Under the pieces are notes generated by a model. It was not told the origin of the DNA, made no database searches, and saw nothing but the letters and a program-made list of their open reading frames with translations. Shown here one piece after another: positions 1 through 12,177 of a DNA stretch of 64,000 nt. Source of the stretch: Tubulanus polymorphus. Lineage: Eukaryota > Animalia > Nemertea. The stretch is from NCBI RefSeq assembly GCF_964204645.1, contig NC_134035.1, positions 5,456,001 through 5,520,000 on the forward strand, in the 5' to 3' direction. The position numbers and the translations under genes are program-made. Position 1 is the stretch's first letter. Each line of letters starts with the position of its first letter.

Positions 1-587
1 AAAATTTAGGTAGAAAAATATTTGGGTAATTTTTTGGTTGGGTAGAAACTTGGGTAGAAATATTTAGGTAATTTTTTACCTAATAAATGGTGGATAAAAA
101 ACGGATATAAATTCTATATTTATAAGGCTTTTTACCGGTACTTAAAAAGCCTGAGCATGTTGATAATTATGTAAGGATGAGTCCACTATGTAGAAAAAGG
201 GTGGTAGACAACAAAGACAAGATAGATTCATGTGATAAAATTAACATCATTTGTACAAAATTGTTGACAATTTAATAAGACCCCTCCCTCCTCTGGCTTA
301 TGATGTAATAAATGGATGACCCCTCACTAACTCTTAAATGATAATGATTTATTTCTCGAAAGCTTTTGGTGTTAAAACAACCTCAGAGCAATCTAAACCA
401 AACCAGATCAAAATAACACAATTAGTAGAACTAAAATCAGTCATAGAATTGTCTAGATATAAAAAAACAATTCAGTTGATTTTTGGCCTTGACCTCAGCA
501 CTTAGTTTGTCAAAAAATTACAAGGTTTAATGAAAATACTTTATAAAATTGATATTTGAATGTGGTATGTATTTGTTTCTATTTAAG

Positions 588-922
588 GGTGCTACAGGGT
601 TTGCCGGATCTGGACTGAAACTAGAGGCTAAGAAAGATCGACCAACACTGCAGGCTTAGTAGATTCATGGCTGGCATAACAGAGCTGAAAACCCTTCAAA
701 GAGTCGGAAGATCAGAATTCTGATGGAGGTCAACATGGCAAATTTGCAGCCCTGAAAAGTTGAGGTCAACACATTTTGATAAATTGCAAATTTGTATTTT
801 GATTATTGTAAATTATGTACATAGATTTCACGGACACCAGCGATGTATTTTAGATTATATGAATTAAAGATTTGTTAATAGTATTGTTGTTGTAAATGCT
901 TTTATTGTAAAATGTAAATAAA
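588..922 (+). other. Possible terminal exon and 3' UTR of a gene starting upstream of the window
   Basis: Pyrimidine tract plus AG at 586-587, short open frames ending in stops (e.g. GATGFAGSGLKLEAKKDRPTLQA*), AATAAA at 917-922. No family recognised. Confidence 0.25.
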
Positions 923-1176
923 TGTACATATCTGATGTCGGAAAATTTAAAGTTGTTGACATTTTTTCGATAAAGTATGTTTTTGATGGATTTTTAGTTT
1001 GAGGAATGAGTTTCGGATCTGGGCCGCGAAAGGATTATGGATAAATCCTAGTAAAATTTGACTTTAAACTTCCAAGAAGGAAGTTCCTGGCCCGAATAGG
1101 ATCTTTTGCCTGATAAAACTACCGTCCGATGCTGCCATCTACTGCCCTTGCGTGGAACTACGCAAAAAATAAGAAG

Positions 1177-4100
1177 ATGGATTTAGCTGAAGAAACTGGA
1201 TGGCAACCGCATTTAGCGGGTTTATTGAATAGATTGAAGCGTACAGGAGATTACCACGAGTTCAGGGCGATTGAAACCGACTCCAGAAGAGTTTTATTTT
1301 GCGCTCAAAAAAACTACCTTCGGTGAGTATCAATTCAATTCAATGTAGTTTATATTGCGAGCTATAAACGTGGACTGAGTTTACACAGACAGAAAACAAC
1401 GTTCTTTTCTACGAAGTCTCAGTTGAAATGAACGCGTAGTTCGATAGGAAACAATTGTGTGGATGTTGGTTTTTATTTCTGAAGGGGTTTTTACAAATGA
1501 CATGCGCCTAAAAAGCTGGAGGATGGCTCAACAGAGTCAAAAGTAGACAGAAAACTCAGACAACTGGTTCTCCTTCAGCAGTTCAGTTTGTGGAGCGATT
1601 TAATTTCTCAAAAGCCGTGTTTTTTCAGATGCGATCAAACAAACTGTACGCTGCATGTGCTTGTAGTAAATAAGTAAGATGATGCGATATGTACAAATTG
1701 CAGCGTGTAGTAGGTGGTGCCACTCTACCGCTAGGATTTCAGCTGTGCGGAGATGCTCTTCATCTTCGACCACTGGTCGTCGACCGATCGACCCGTCGCT
1801 GCTGTCGACGGTTAAACCGCTGAAACCAACGAAATCGAAATCGAGCACCGACACGAAAAAACACTTCGTCGATTACCGGGTCGTGAATTTCGTCGGCGGC
1901 AATGGAGGCGACGGATGTTCGGCTTTCAGTAGCTACGCCGGTAAAGAGTGGGCGGGGCCTGATGGCGGGGATGGGGGAAACGGAGGTCACGTGATACTCG
2001 CCGTCAATCACAACGTGAAGAGTTTGAATCATTTAACTGGTTTGATACGCGCGAAAAACGGTGATAAAGGTCGTTCGAAATGTTGCCACGGAAAAAATGC
2101 CGATCACGAATACGTCGAAGTTCCGCTGGGAACGATCGTCAAACTGGCCGAAACTTACGAAACGATCGCCGATCTCGAGGCGTCAGACTCAGTTTATGTG
2201 GCTGCCCGTGGTGGCGCTGGTGGTAAGGGTAATCATTTCTTCCTAACGAACGAGAATCGAGCGCCTGTTATCGCGGAGCTCGGCGGGATCGGCGAGAGCA
2301 GACGGCTCGTCGTCGAGTTAAAAACAATCGCCGACGCCGGATTGGTCGGTTTCCCGAACGCCGGCAAATCGACGTTACTGCGAGCGATTTCTCGAGCGCG
2401 GCCGAAAGTCGCCGCGTACCCGTTCACGACCTTGAAACCGCACGTCGGGGTCATCGAGTACGAGGATTACGAGCAGGTCGCCGTCGCCGATATACCCGGA
2501 CTGATTCACGGCGCGCATCAGAATCGCGGACTCGGGATCTCGTTTCTGAAACACATCGAACGATGCGTCTGCTTGTTGTACGTGATTGATCTTTCGGTCG
2601 ACGAACCGTGGAGACAACTCGACGATTTGAAATTCGAACTCGAACAGTATCAGCGCGGTTTATCCGAGCGTCCGCACGCCATCGTCGGGAATAAGATAGA
2701 CGTTCCCGACGCGGCGCGGAATCTGATCGAACTGGAACGACGGATCGATATGCCGGTGTTCGCATTATCGGCGAAGAGACTGATCGACGTCGAACCTCTG
2801 ATGCTTCATTTGAGAAAACTTTACGACGATCATCGCCGCAGTAACGATGATAGTGCTAATTAATGAATGAGATTATGCTAATTGATATGCGATATTTTTG
2901 ATCCTGTTTTTACAGTGTGGTTGTAGAATAAAAGATTGTGTCGCTTAACGAATGTCTTTAGTACTGGTGTTTTATCTATCTGCAGGGGACAGTTGCTGAT
3001 AACCGGTGGATGTATAGTAACAATGAACTTTTAATTGTCACTATGTTAACTAATCACTTGTTAACTGTAACCAACTTTTGAGCAACTGGCCCCAGGTCTG
3101 TAAATGCTCCTTGTAGGCTACTAAAAAGGAGCGATTTTGTAAGGATATTGAGTGGTTGTTCAAGGTGGCTAATACTATAACGTACTTTGAAGGTTGACTT
3201 GAGTTTTTTTGAGTGCAAGATTTCGCCACTAGTGCATAGCAGCTTCACAGGGATGGATCCAGAGGCAAATTTTAAACGACTTGTCACATCCCAAATGGGC
3301 TGTTTGATGTCCAAAAAGGCAATGTTAGGTGTACTCCCGCATATAGGGGCTAATTTTGAAGTACTTGTTAAGTCCCAAAAGGGGACTTCGATGTCCAATA
3401 GGGAAAATTAATCATACTCGCACCCCCGCACTGAAATGAACCAATCATCTGTGTTGACAAAATGAAAAAGGGCACTCAAAACATTTGATGGACTTGAACA
3501 AGTCTCATAAATCCCTCTCAATCTACCCCTGCTTCATAAGGTAAACTACCTGAGCTTTGAGCTTTCGCTGCTAGTGCGTGGTAGCAGGTGAATGAGACAC
3601 TTGTTAAGTTGTAATTATTGTCTTGGAAAAAAGTCTTCTTTTTGGAAGTGCTTGTGAAATGTATTTGAAACTGTTTGAATTCAGTATGAGGGTTAATACT
3701 GCTTGCTCATTTAACCACTGGTTTCAATTCTTTCATTTTTCAGCGAATTATCGATGAAATGGCCGAACGACGGGCTGAACGAGAAATCTACGAAAACGGC
3801 CGTCGAATTACGCAATCAGGGCAACAAATACTTCCAGAAAGAAAAATACAATGACGCCTTACTGAAATATAACGAGGTAGGAAAGATATCTGCTTTGAGA
3901 TACCGGCTGTGCCATGATGCTCCCGATCCTGCGCGGTGTTCATCACCCCACCACTAGTAGCCAATAATGGGTTGGAGTGAAAGATAGAAATGCAGCGGTT
4001 TGATTATGTTTGGATATTTTCAGAGTATATTGAAGGCTCCTCGGGACGATGAATCTCTATCAGTTGGATTTGCTAATAGATCTGCGGTTTCATTCCATAA

Positions 4101-7100
4101 TGCACACTATAATGTACGTAGCAGATATTTCCGTAGTCAATAGATTTTTCTAATTTCTAAGTAACAGCGTCAAGAGTCAGTTTTACATCATTTCTGATCA
4201 AATAGTTTTATGGTGTGTTCGATTTGATTCTTGAAGGTCGCTTTGAAGGACATCGCGCTGTCTCTGGATGCCGGCTATCCGGACAAACTCGCCTACAAAA
4301 TATACAAACGTCGAGGACAGTGTCACGAATACCTCGGTCGCTACGACGATGCGAAACAAGGTCTGTATTAATTGATAATGTGTGTTTACGCGTGATCGAT
4401 GACTCTCCATATTTTAGAGAATGATTCTATTTTTAGCGTACTCGTCAGCACTTCAATTCCTGAATGAATACACAACGCATTTGAAACCTGACGTAAAGTG
4501 TAAGTACATTATTTTCTGCTCTTAACCTTCAATTTTTGCTACTGATGAATTTATTTGAATAGCAATGAAAAAAAAAAGTTATGGGTTGTAAGATGATAAT
4601 AGAGTTTCCTATTGCCTATATTGAGTTGGTGATTGATTAAGAATTAGTAGAATTCTACAATTGATTGAGGTCTTAAATCTTGTACAGAGGTCTACAAGTT
4701 TTAAAGGCCTATGGTCAACAGGTTACTCTCTGACACCACTCAAATAATGAAATTGTCAAATTTCATTGCTCTGCTTCGCAAATGTTTGAAGTTGTGATAA
4801 CCGGCAATATTCGTCGGAAAAAGTCTTGTTTTTTAAATGCTCGCGAAAGGCATTTGAACTAAGAATTCCGCGTCTCATTTTATAAAACCACTAAGTCTTT
4901 GACTTTTTTGGTTTTTTCAGCTGGTCATATCGATGATCTGACGAAATTACTAAAAAATGTCGAAACAAAGTTGAACAAACCCACCGCTGTCGAGGCAAAG
5001 AAAACAGATGGCGACGGTCCGAAGAATCTCCCGAAACTGAGTTACGGCGAAAATGAGTCGATTCCAGCCGCGACCAGTCGAATCAAAGTGAAAATTGACT
5101 CCAAAACGGGTCGATCATTGATCGTGAGTTTATACAGACTCTTTCATATCATTCTTGGAAAATTTCACATGGTTCTAGCGAGTCCTAAAAATCCTTGGAA
5201 ATTAGCAATTACCAGGAATTTTAGAAATGTTGCGGTTTTAGTATCAAAGGCCTAGTAGTAATTGTTTTCATAAACTTTCAATTCATATGTGAGTATAATA
5301 AGCTCATAACTCATACATTGAGTTGTCTATTTGCATTCGGCCCTTCCTGGAAAAGCCATGGAAAATCAAAGAGTGCAAATAGTGAATAGAACAAAACGTC
5401 ATTCAGTTGCAGTCTAGATATTACATGTTTATCTTACACACAGCTTTTTTAGTAGTCTCTCTTTAAGCTGGGGTTGTGCTGTAGATTGTTCATAAGGACA
5501 ACTTAAGGAATAGATTGATTATTTTTGCAGGCTGCTGATGATTTAAGAGCTGGCGATAATTTGATAATCGAAGAGCCGTACGTGTCGACACAGTTACTGA
5601 AATTTGAACGAGAACGCTGCCACCATTGTTACGCCGTAACGAAATACCCCGTACCGTAAGTGGATCAGTCTCAAAACTGTCGAGCCTTGAATGTATCCAA
5701 CTTTAGAGCCAAAATATCAAACCCTTTTCTCTCTCCATAGGTGCAATCAGTGCAGTCGTGTTGTTTACTGTTCTAAAGAATGTCAGATGGAATCGTGGCA
5801 TCAATATCACTATATAGAATGTCAAATACTCTACATTCTTTACGAGGTCAGTTTCATACATTAACCTCACGTGAGGTTAATACGAGGTTTGTTAGTTGAA
5901 CCTTTATATTTCTTCATGCGCACGTATTGTATTATCAACTAACGATACAGGTAACAACACTTTTGAGTACTATGTGATATTTAAGCCAGTCTTATATTCT
6001 GCAGGGCGTTTATACAATGTTACGAATTTCGTTTTAGACTGGTCTCGCTCACCTGTGCTCAAGACTCGTTATCAAAACAGGAATTCCTTATCTGAAAAGT
6101 ATGCGTTTCTTGATCTGAAATTAAAATTTTCAACACTTGGGTTCTTACAGATCAGGGAATTCAGGATTTATTTTTTTCCTTATTCTGGAAAAATCTGGGA
6201 ATTCCGTCTGTTCTATCTGGTGACGAGTGGCACAAGGAACCTCTCGATAAGAAATCGCGTCAATGGGGATATCTCGAAGATATAATCAGCAAATTTTTGC
6301 TCAAGGGAAAATTACGTATATATCAGGGAATTTCGGATTCTCTGTTCCGTAAGAACCCGGCACACTATGAAGATTCTGGATGAATCGAAGAACTAGGATG
6401 ATACCTTTTCAGAGTTCCATGAACGATTGAAGTCCGGTTCGTCGTCCACTGCCGCGCCAGGATTTACCGAGGATGGGAAATATTTGAACGACTATGAGGC
6501 GGTTTACAGTTTGTTGACGCACACTGAGAAACTAAACGTCGACGATCTGTTTTACTATTCAATGGTACGTCGTAATGAACATTATTGAAATCGGAATACC
6601 CGTATTGAATATAAGAGACGATGATTCTGATTCTTTTTTTAGACTGCCGTGTTGCTTACGAGTCTGGTGAAAAGAAGGGGATTTTTTGATACCAATGTTG
6701 CACAGGTGCTTATTATTATGTATTTCTCAAAATATCCCATTCATCGACAAGTCACCACTTATATGTTCCCCGTAGTATGATGATATATTTTAAGTAGCCC
6801 TATTTCGGCTTGCGAAAAATTTTGAATTCAATTTAACTGATTCATGTTAGAGTATTAGAAATGGCTGGGGTAATGATACCGAGAATGTAAGGCACTCTTC
6901 GCTGGATTGAGCGCTGTATAAGGCACATATTATCATTATTATCATGTAACTGTGGGAGGAGTTATGTTCACTTTTCCTCGTTGGTTTCCTGTCGAATGAC
7001 ACGGCGCTGAAAGAAGTTTAATGTTTTATCTATGTACAGACGAACTCTCAAAACCAGACGGCTTCATCAACCGATGGAAACCAGCATTTAAACAGCGGAC

Positions 7101-9728
7101 GAGCTCAACTTCACGACGACGAACAACCGGTTTTCACAGATTTTGAGATATTCGTCGGTGGTCTGATGCTGCGTCATTTCCAGCAGTTTATCTGCAACGC
7201 TCAAGCGATCACGAACGTAACACCAGACACAACGAACGATAAACACAGTATGATGGAAGGCTACGTTTACGATGTGTCAGAAAAACGTATCGGGGTCGGA
7301 ATTTATCCTACAGCGAGTTTAATGAATCATTCCTGTCAGCCGACCGTATTGTGCAGGTGAGATTCACTAACAATCATTAAAAACTGATAACTACAGTCGA
7401 TTGTCAGAATGGGATGCAGGGTACAGACAGCATATTGTCTGAATTAGATGCAGGGTACAGACTGCAGATTGTCTGAAGGGCTGGAGGGTACAGAAAGCAG
7501 ATTATCTGTCTGAGGGGTTTCAGGGTACAGACAGTAGATTGTCCAAAGGGTTGGAGGATACAGACTGCAGATTGTCTGAGAGGGCGCAGGGTACAGACAG
7601 CAGATTGTCCGAAGGGTTGGAGGGTATAGACTGCAGATTGTCTGAAGGGTTGGAGGGTACAGACTGCAGATTGTCTGAAGGGCTGGAGGGTACAGAAAGC
7701 AGATTATCTGTCTGAGGGGTTTCAGGGTACAGACAGCAGATTGTCAGAAGGGTTGGAGGATACAGACTGCAGATTGTCTGAGGGCGTGCAGGGTACAGAC
7801 AGTATATTGTCTGAGAGGGTCAGGGTACAGACAGCAGATTGTCTGCAAGGTTGGTACAGACAGCAGATTGACCCCTGCATTAACCCTTTCAGTGCTGACT
7901 AATTAATACCCTATAGTGCTGGAGAAAATTTGAAAATTCTAAAAAATTCCACCCTAGTGTGTTGAACAATGGGAATACCACTATAGTGCGTCTACACCGC
8001 AGTGCGGTGTATCGTTAGTTACTAGTATTTCACTATGTTTGACACTTGCTGCCATTTTTCAATAGAGATAATTACAAATTACTAATTACATCAATACACC
8101 GCAGTGCGGTGTACTAGCAAAATCCATCACTGATTTATACACCGCACTGCGGTGTAGACGCACTGAAAGGGTTAAGCGAAAGTGCATATTATCGATATTT
8201 TTAGTTATCAGGGGAAAAAATTGATCGTCCGTTGCACGGAAAAAACTCGAAAAGGTTGCGACGTTTTCAACTGTTACGGACCGCATTATAAACGCATGAA
8301 TACCGAACAGAGACGACAGATTCTACGCGAGCAGTATTACTTCGAATGTCAGTGTACGGCCTGTATGAACGACATGTCCGCCGCAACGTGGCATGTGAGT
8401 ATTCATTTCATCCGATCAAATTGCGTCATACCTTCCCCTATATGCAGGAAGGGAATTATTTGAAATTTCTGGTATAGCTGTCAGTTTTGATGTTGTCAGA
8501 TGTTGGCGTGTGTAAAGTGTTCAGGTCCGATCGTCGACTTGGTTTGTAACGAGTGCAAACATCGAATTGACGCCGATGAAAAGGACAACAGACTACTAGC
8601 GGCATCTGAACCGATGGAGAAGGCCAGCGATCTCGTCGACCAACGCCGGTTTGCAGGTAAACGCAGGGTGAAGTTGGGTGCGTCTTAAGAGAAGGCGGGA
8701 CTCACCTTTTTAGCGGTGATTTTTTGATTACTACTTTTTTTGAATAAATTACGATGATATGTATGAATTATCTCACACAGAGGCACTGGATTATTTGAAG
8801 AAGAATTACGACTTTGTAAAGAAATCTTTCTACAAGTATAACCGCAGTTTAGGCTCGTACGAGGACTTATTATCTCTGTGTTACATCGAGGATAATTCTT
8901 ACTGTAAGTACTTCCTGGCTGCACGCTTTCAGATATTAGATACTTTATCTTACGATTTTAGATCATACATACATCATATGTGTTCAGATCTTCACCTGAG
9001 ACGTTTTCTATCGAAAATAAACTACTTACACCAGACATTAGACATTTTATCAGCACACTTTCAAAAACTGATCATCCATATTTCACATGTGTTCAGAACT
9101 TCGCCTGAGATATTTTCTATTGAAAATGAACTTCAAACACCTTACATTAGACATTTTATTAGCACAAATTCAAAATAAACTGATCATCCACGCTTCACAT
9201 GTGTTCTGAACTTCACCTGAAAATTGAAAATGAACTACAAACACCAGATATTCAGCACATTTTCAAAAACTTGTCCACACTTCACATGTGTTCAGTAGTT
9301 CACATGAGAAATTTTATCAGAAAACTTTTACTGTTTGTCCATACTTCACACTACGTACAGTGATGAATGTATGATGGGTTGATCTTCATTATCTTTAGTC
9401 ACAATTAAAGGAATATTTTCAAGGTTTTGAAATCTCTTCTGTATTTCTATTCGCAGACAACCCATGTCTCTCTCTCGAGCATTTAGGACGATCGTTGGCG
9501 ATCGTTGAACAGAATTTCGGTCGTCGTAGTCTCGAATACGCGAAGGAGTTGTGCAATAAACTGATCCCGATTCTCGGCTGCAGCGGCCGTTACGCCGATT
9601 TGCTGAAAACGATCGACGAAGCGCTCGAAATATTGAACGTCTTCTGTCCGGAAAACGACGAAGAAATCGTCGAACTGAAATTTCAGCGCCGTAAATTTCA
9701 GCCGTTCGTCGCGAATTGCGGACGTTGA
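1177..9728 (+). CDS. SMYD4: SET and MYND domain-containing lysine methyltransferase SMYD4-like, 16 coding exons, about 774 aa
   Basis: Phase-consistent GT-AG exons: 1177-1322, 3744-3876, 4024-4113, 4237-4360, 4437-4499, 4921-5123, 5531-5655, 5741-5846, 6038-6098, 6413-6564, 6643-6705, 7040-7356, 8205-8394, 8500-8656, 8781-8903, 9457-9728 (2325 nt). N-terminal TPRs (LRNQGNKYFQKEKYNDALLKY; GFANRSAV; LDAGYP), split SET (TGRSLIAADDLRAGD; GIYPTASLMNHSCQP; NCYGPH), MYND finger (CHHC..PCNQC..YCSKEC..W..YH..EC), post-SET YYFECQCTAC, C-terminal helical region. Confidence 0.9.
1679..2863 (+). CDS. MTG2: Mitochondrial ribosome-associated GTPase 2 (Obg/CgtA family), intronless, nested in SMYD4 intron 1
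   Basis: 394-aa ORF with an Arg/Ser-rich mitochondrial presequence, Gly-rich Obg fold (GGNGGDG..GPDGGDGGNGG), G1 GFPNAGKS, G2 YPFTT, G3 DIPG, G4 NKID, G5 SAK. Confidence 0.95.
   Translation: MMRYVQIAACSRWCHSTARISAVRRCSSSSTTGRRPIDPSLLSTVKPLKPTKSKSSTDTKKHFVDYRVVNFVGGNGGDGCSAFSSYAGKEWAGPDGGDGGNGGHVILAVNHNVKSLNHLTGLIRAKNGDKGRSKCCHGKNADHEYVEVPLGTIVKLAETYETIADLEASDSVYVAARGGAGGKGNHFFLTNENRAPVIAELGGIGESRRLVVELKTIADAGLVGFPNAGKSTLLRAISRARPKVAAYPFTTLKPHVGVIEYEDYEQVAVADIPGLIHGAHQNRGLGISFLKHIERCVCLLYVIDLSVDEPWRQLDDLKFELEQYQRGLSERPHAIVGNKIDVPDAARNLIELERRIDMPVFALSAKRLIDVEPLMLHLRKLYDDHRRSNDDSAN
2927..2932 (+). terminator. Polyadenylation signal of MTG2 (intronic relative to SMYD4)
   Basis: AATAAA 64 nt after the MTG2 stop, followed by GT-rich sequence. 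Confidence 0.6.
2986..3092. mobile_element. Short MITE with CAG target-site duplication (PIF/Harbinger-related, NuwaI-like)
   Basis: CAG|GGGACAGTTGCT ... AGCAACTGGCCC|CAG: terminal inverted repeats and a 3-bp direct repeat. Confidence 0.6.
7395..7870. repeat. Minisatellite, unit about 30 bp, in SMYD4 intron 12
   Basis: About 15 copies of GGGTACAGAC(A/T)GCAGATTGTCTGAAGGGTTGGA-like units. Confidence 0.9.
7884..8171. mobile_element. piggyBac-type MITE (copy 1)
   Basis: TTAA|CCCTTTCAGTGC ... GCACTGAAAGGG|TTAA; internal palindromes ACACCGCAGTGCGGTGT; inverted sister copy at 16448-16733. Confidence 0.85.
8935..9325. repeat. Degenerate tandem repeat in SMYD4 intron 15
   Basis: About four recurrences of TTCACATGTGTTCAGAACTTCACCTGAGA...CATTAGACATTTTATCAGCAC. 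Confidence 0.7.
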
Positions 9729-10302
9729 CCAATAATGGTCGCGAAATCAAATTAGATACGTCAAGTTTCGACATCTGGAGTCGGTGTCACAGTTCAGAGT
9801 TCGAATGAACTGTATTTAGTTTGATTTTCATTCGTTTAAGTTTACAATTACTGTATTCCTCAGTTCAGTAACGGTGAAATCTAGTAGTACTTGGTAGGTT
9901 AACTAGATTTTATTCAAAATATTTCACTACAGTGCATCATAGTATGCAACTGCTTACTATGATGCACTAGTAGCTAAAGCTCGTACTATTCTTGATATAC
10001 CGGTTATCAAGTTAACCTACAACACTAGATTAACAAGGCTCTACAACTATTGTATTCTTAACTGAATTTGTAAAAACAAAATGTTTATTTTAAAAACGAG
10101 GGCGTGTATAAAATAAGTACACCTGAAAACTTACATATTAGTTTTTTTTATATGTAGCTGCTGGTTGTTTTGATAGCTCTTATTTGTATCGGGATCAACG
10201 CCTCTGAATAATCATTATAGACAACAAATAAGATCAGCAATTTGAAGAATAATTCGTTTCTCCATCAGCACAGAACATTTTGACGACGTTAGAGCCTACT
10301 GT

Positions 10303-10460
10303 CAACTATCATAGATCATTACTCTCAACTATCATAGAGCATTACTCTCAACTATCATAGAGCATTACTCTCAGCTATCATAGATCATTACTCTCGGCTA
10401 TCATAGAGCATTACTCTCAGCTATCATAGATCATTACTATCACAGCTCACAGAGCATTTA
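10303..10460. repeat. Tandem repeat, 23-bp unit
   Basis: About 6-7 copies of CTATCATAGA(G/T)CATTACTCTCA(A/G). Confidence 0.9.
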
Positions 10461-11052
10461 ACCACTTTAACCTGATCTCAAATATCTACCCTATTAATGC
10501 AAATATTAAATGGGCTATTTGGAATTTTTGATTGTGTTTCAAGATTTCTTTGAACATTATGCAAACCAGGAGAAAAAATCTGCAGATACAACAGCGATAT
10601 TTGATCTTGAAATAGGGATCGTCGCTAGTAATTATTTGGTTAGAAGATTTGGTCGATATTGTTTTGAGTGTCCGTTAAAAACCCACCACACCTGCCGGGT
10701 ACAACAGCGATAAAAGTAGGCCTACACGATTATTGGTCGTTACAAGTACTTGAGTGGAAACTTAGCATTGGTAAACCCAGTCCATCATCCCTACCAGTCT
10801 GCTGTCCTGGAGCAGATGGACGCGGTCAGTTATTGCTAACTGTAAACAATACCGATGTCCGGTTGGGGATTCCATTATTAATATTGAAAATGTTATAACG
10901 TGTGTTATACGCTGGAGATTTGATTGAATCGTCGATAAATTCAATAGGATTACGTGGTCAATATGCGATCGTTGCGACAACATAAAGCGATGTCATGATT
11001 TATTTGCGGATAGTGTAGGTTTCAAATATCTAGTTCGTCGCATTGGTTTAGG

Positions 11053-12177
11053 ATGATGAGGTGTTGGAACAAACTACTGATTGGATTAGTCTTTTTACTG
11101 ATTTTCATCGAGATAATGTGTTTAATGTTCCTGGCAGCAGAACGACAAACCGATCAGCGCCAATTTTCGACCCGGGCCGCGGCTTGGCGGTCGCAGCCCC
11201 GCGATAGGAATATGACAGTCCTCTACTACGACTCGGTGGCTAAAGTGTTGGAGGAACAATTGGAAACGTCGAATTGGAAATGCCCGACGACCCCTAAACG
11301 GCGGATACACCAAACGTGGAAAAACGAAAGCATTCCGAAAACGTTCGAGAAATACGTGGCGTCGTGGGTGAAATTACACCCCGATTGGGAATATTGGTTG
11401 TGGACTGATCGCATCGCCGACGAGTTCGTTAAAAAGAGATTTCCAGCCTATTATCGAATGTTCGACAAATATTCGAAGGGAATTCAAAGAGCCGACGCGA
11501 TTCGCTATTTTATTCTGTATACGTTTGGTGGAGTTTACGCCGATTTAGACGTGGAGGCCATTCGGCCATTTAGTAATTTAATAACCGTTCACCCGGCGCT
11601 GATACCCGAAGATCATCCCGTCCATAGCGTTATCTATTTCGGTCGACGGCGACCGTCCACTCTAAACGCGTTGATGATTTCGACGCCTAAACATAAATAT
11701 TTTCGGAAAATAATCGAGTTTCTACCGAAAGCGAACACGAGAACGGGTAAAGGCGACGTTATACGGAAAACGGGTCCGTTTATGATCGATAAAGTGCTCG
11801 TATCTTACGAGAAAGCGGCAGCCCAAAAAAGCCACCGCATCGTTTCGATATGCGATGCCGTCTATTTTGCTTCCTACTCTAGATTCACTCCGCACTTCAA
11901 AGCGGCTAATTTAACTTCATTAAAACGCGTTTGTAACCGACGCAGATCCGCTTCATCGCCACGAGGTAAAATTTGCCAGGCTTTGAAACGCACCAATTTC
12001 AAAAATGAACCGCTCGGGCCGGAAGTGATGTCGAATCACGCGTTTCATCACACGTATTACGATAAAGCCGAATACAAGATTCAAATTCCGATTCGCGACG
12101 TCGTCAAAAATCCGTTCGATATCAGGAAATACATCGAAAACATGGCAGCTGACGCAGATTTTGCGAAACTCATTTGA
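11053..12177 (+). CDS. Glycosyltransferase family 32 (DXD), SUR1/CSG1/OCH1-like, type II membrane protein, intronless
   Basis: N-terminal TM (LLIGLVFLLIFIEIMCLMFLA); RRIHQTWK, SW..LHPDWEYWLWTD, IQRADAIRYFILYTFGGVYADLD, TGP motifs of the Gly_transf_sug domain. Confidence 0.88.
   Translation: MMRCWNKLLIGLVFLLIFIEIMCLMFLAAERQTDQRQFSTRAAAWRSQPRDRNMTVLYYDSVAKVLEEQLETSNWKCPTTPKRRIHQTWKNESIPKTFEKYVASWVKLHPDWEYWLWTDRIADEFVKKRFPAYYRMFDKYSKGIQRADAIRYFILYTFGGVYADLDVEAIRPFSNLITVHPALIPEDHPVHSVIYFGRRRPSTLNALMISTPKHKYFRKIIEFLPKANTRTGKGDVIRKTGPFMIDKVLVSYEKAAAQKSHRIVSICDAVYFASYSRFTPHFKAANLTSLKRVCNRRRSASSPRGKICQALKRTNFKNEPLGPEVMSNHAFHHTYYDKAEYKIQIPIRDVVKNPFDIRKYIENMAADADFAKLI

Noticed and set aside
3054-3411. 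ORFs 3054-3398 (-) and 3187-3411 (+) as a SMYD4 first exon or separate gene
   Set aside because: No recognisable homology or convincing in-phase donor; exon 1177-1322 fits better.
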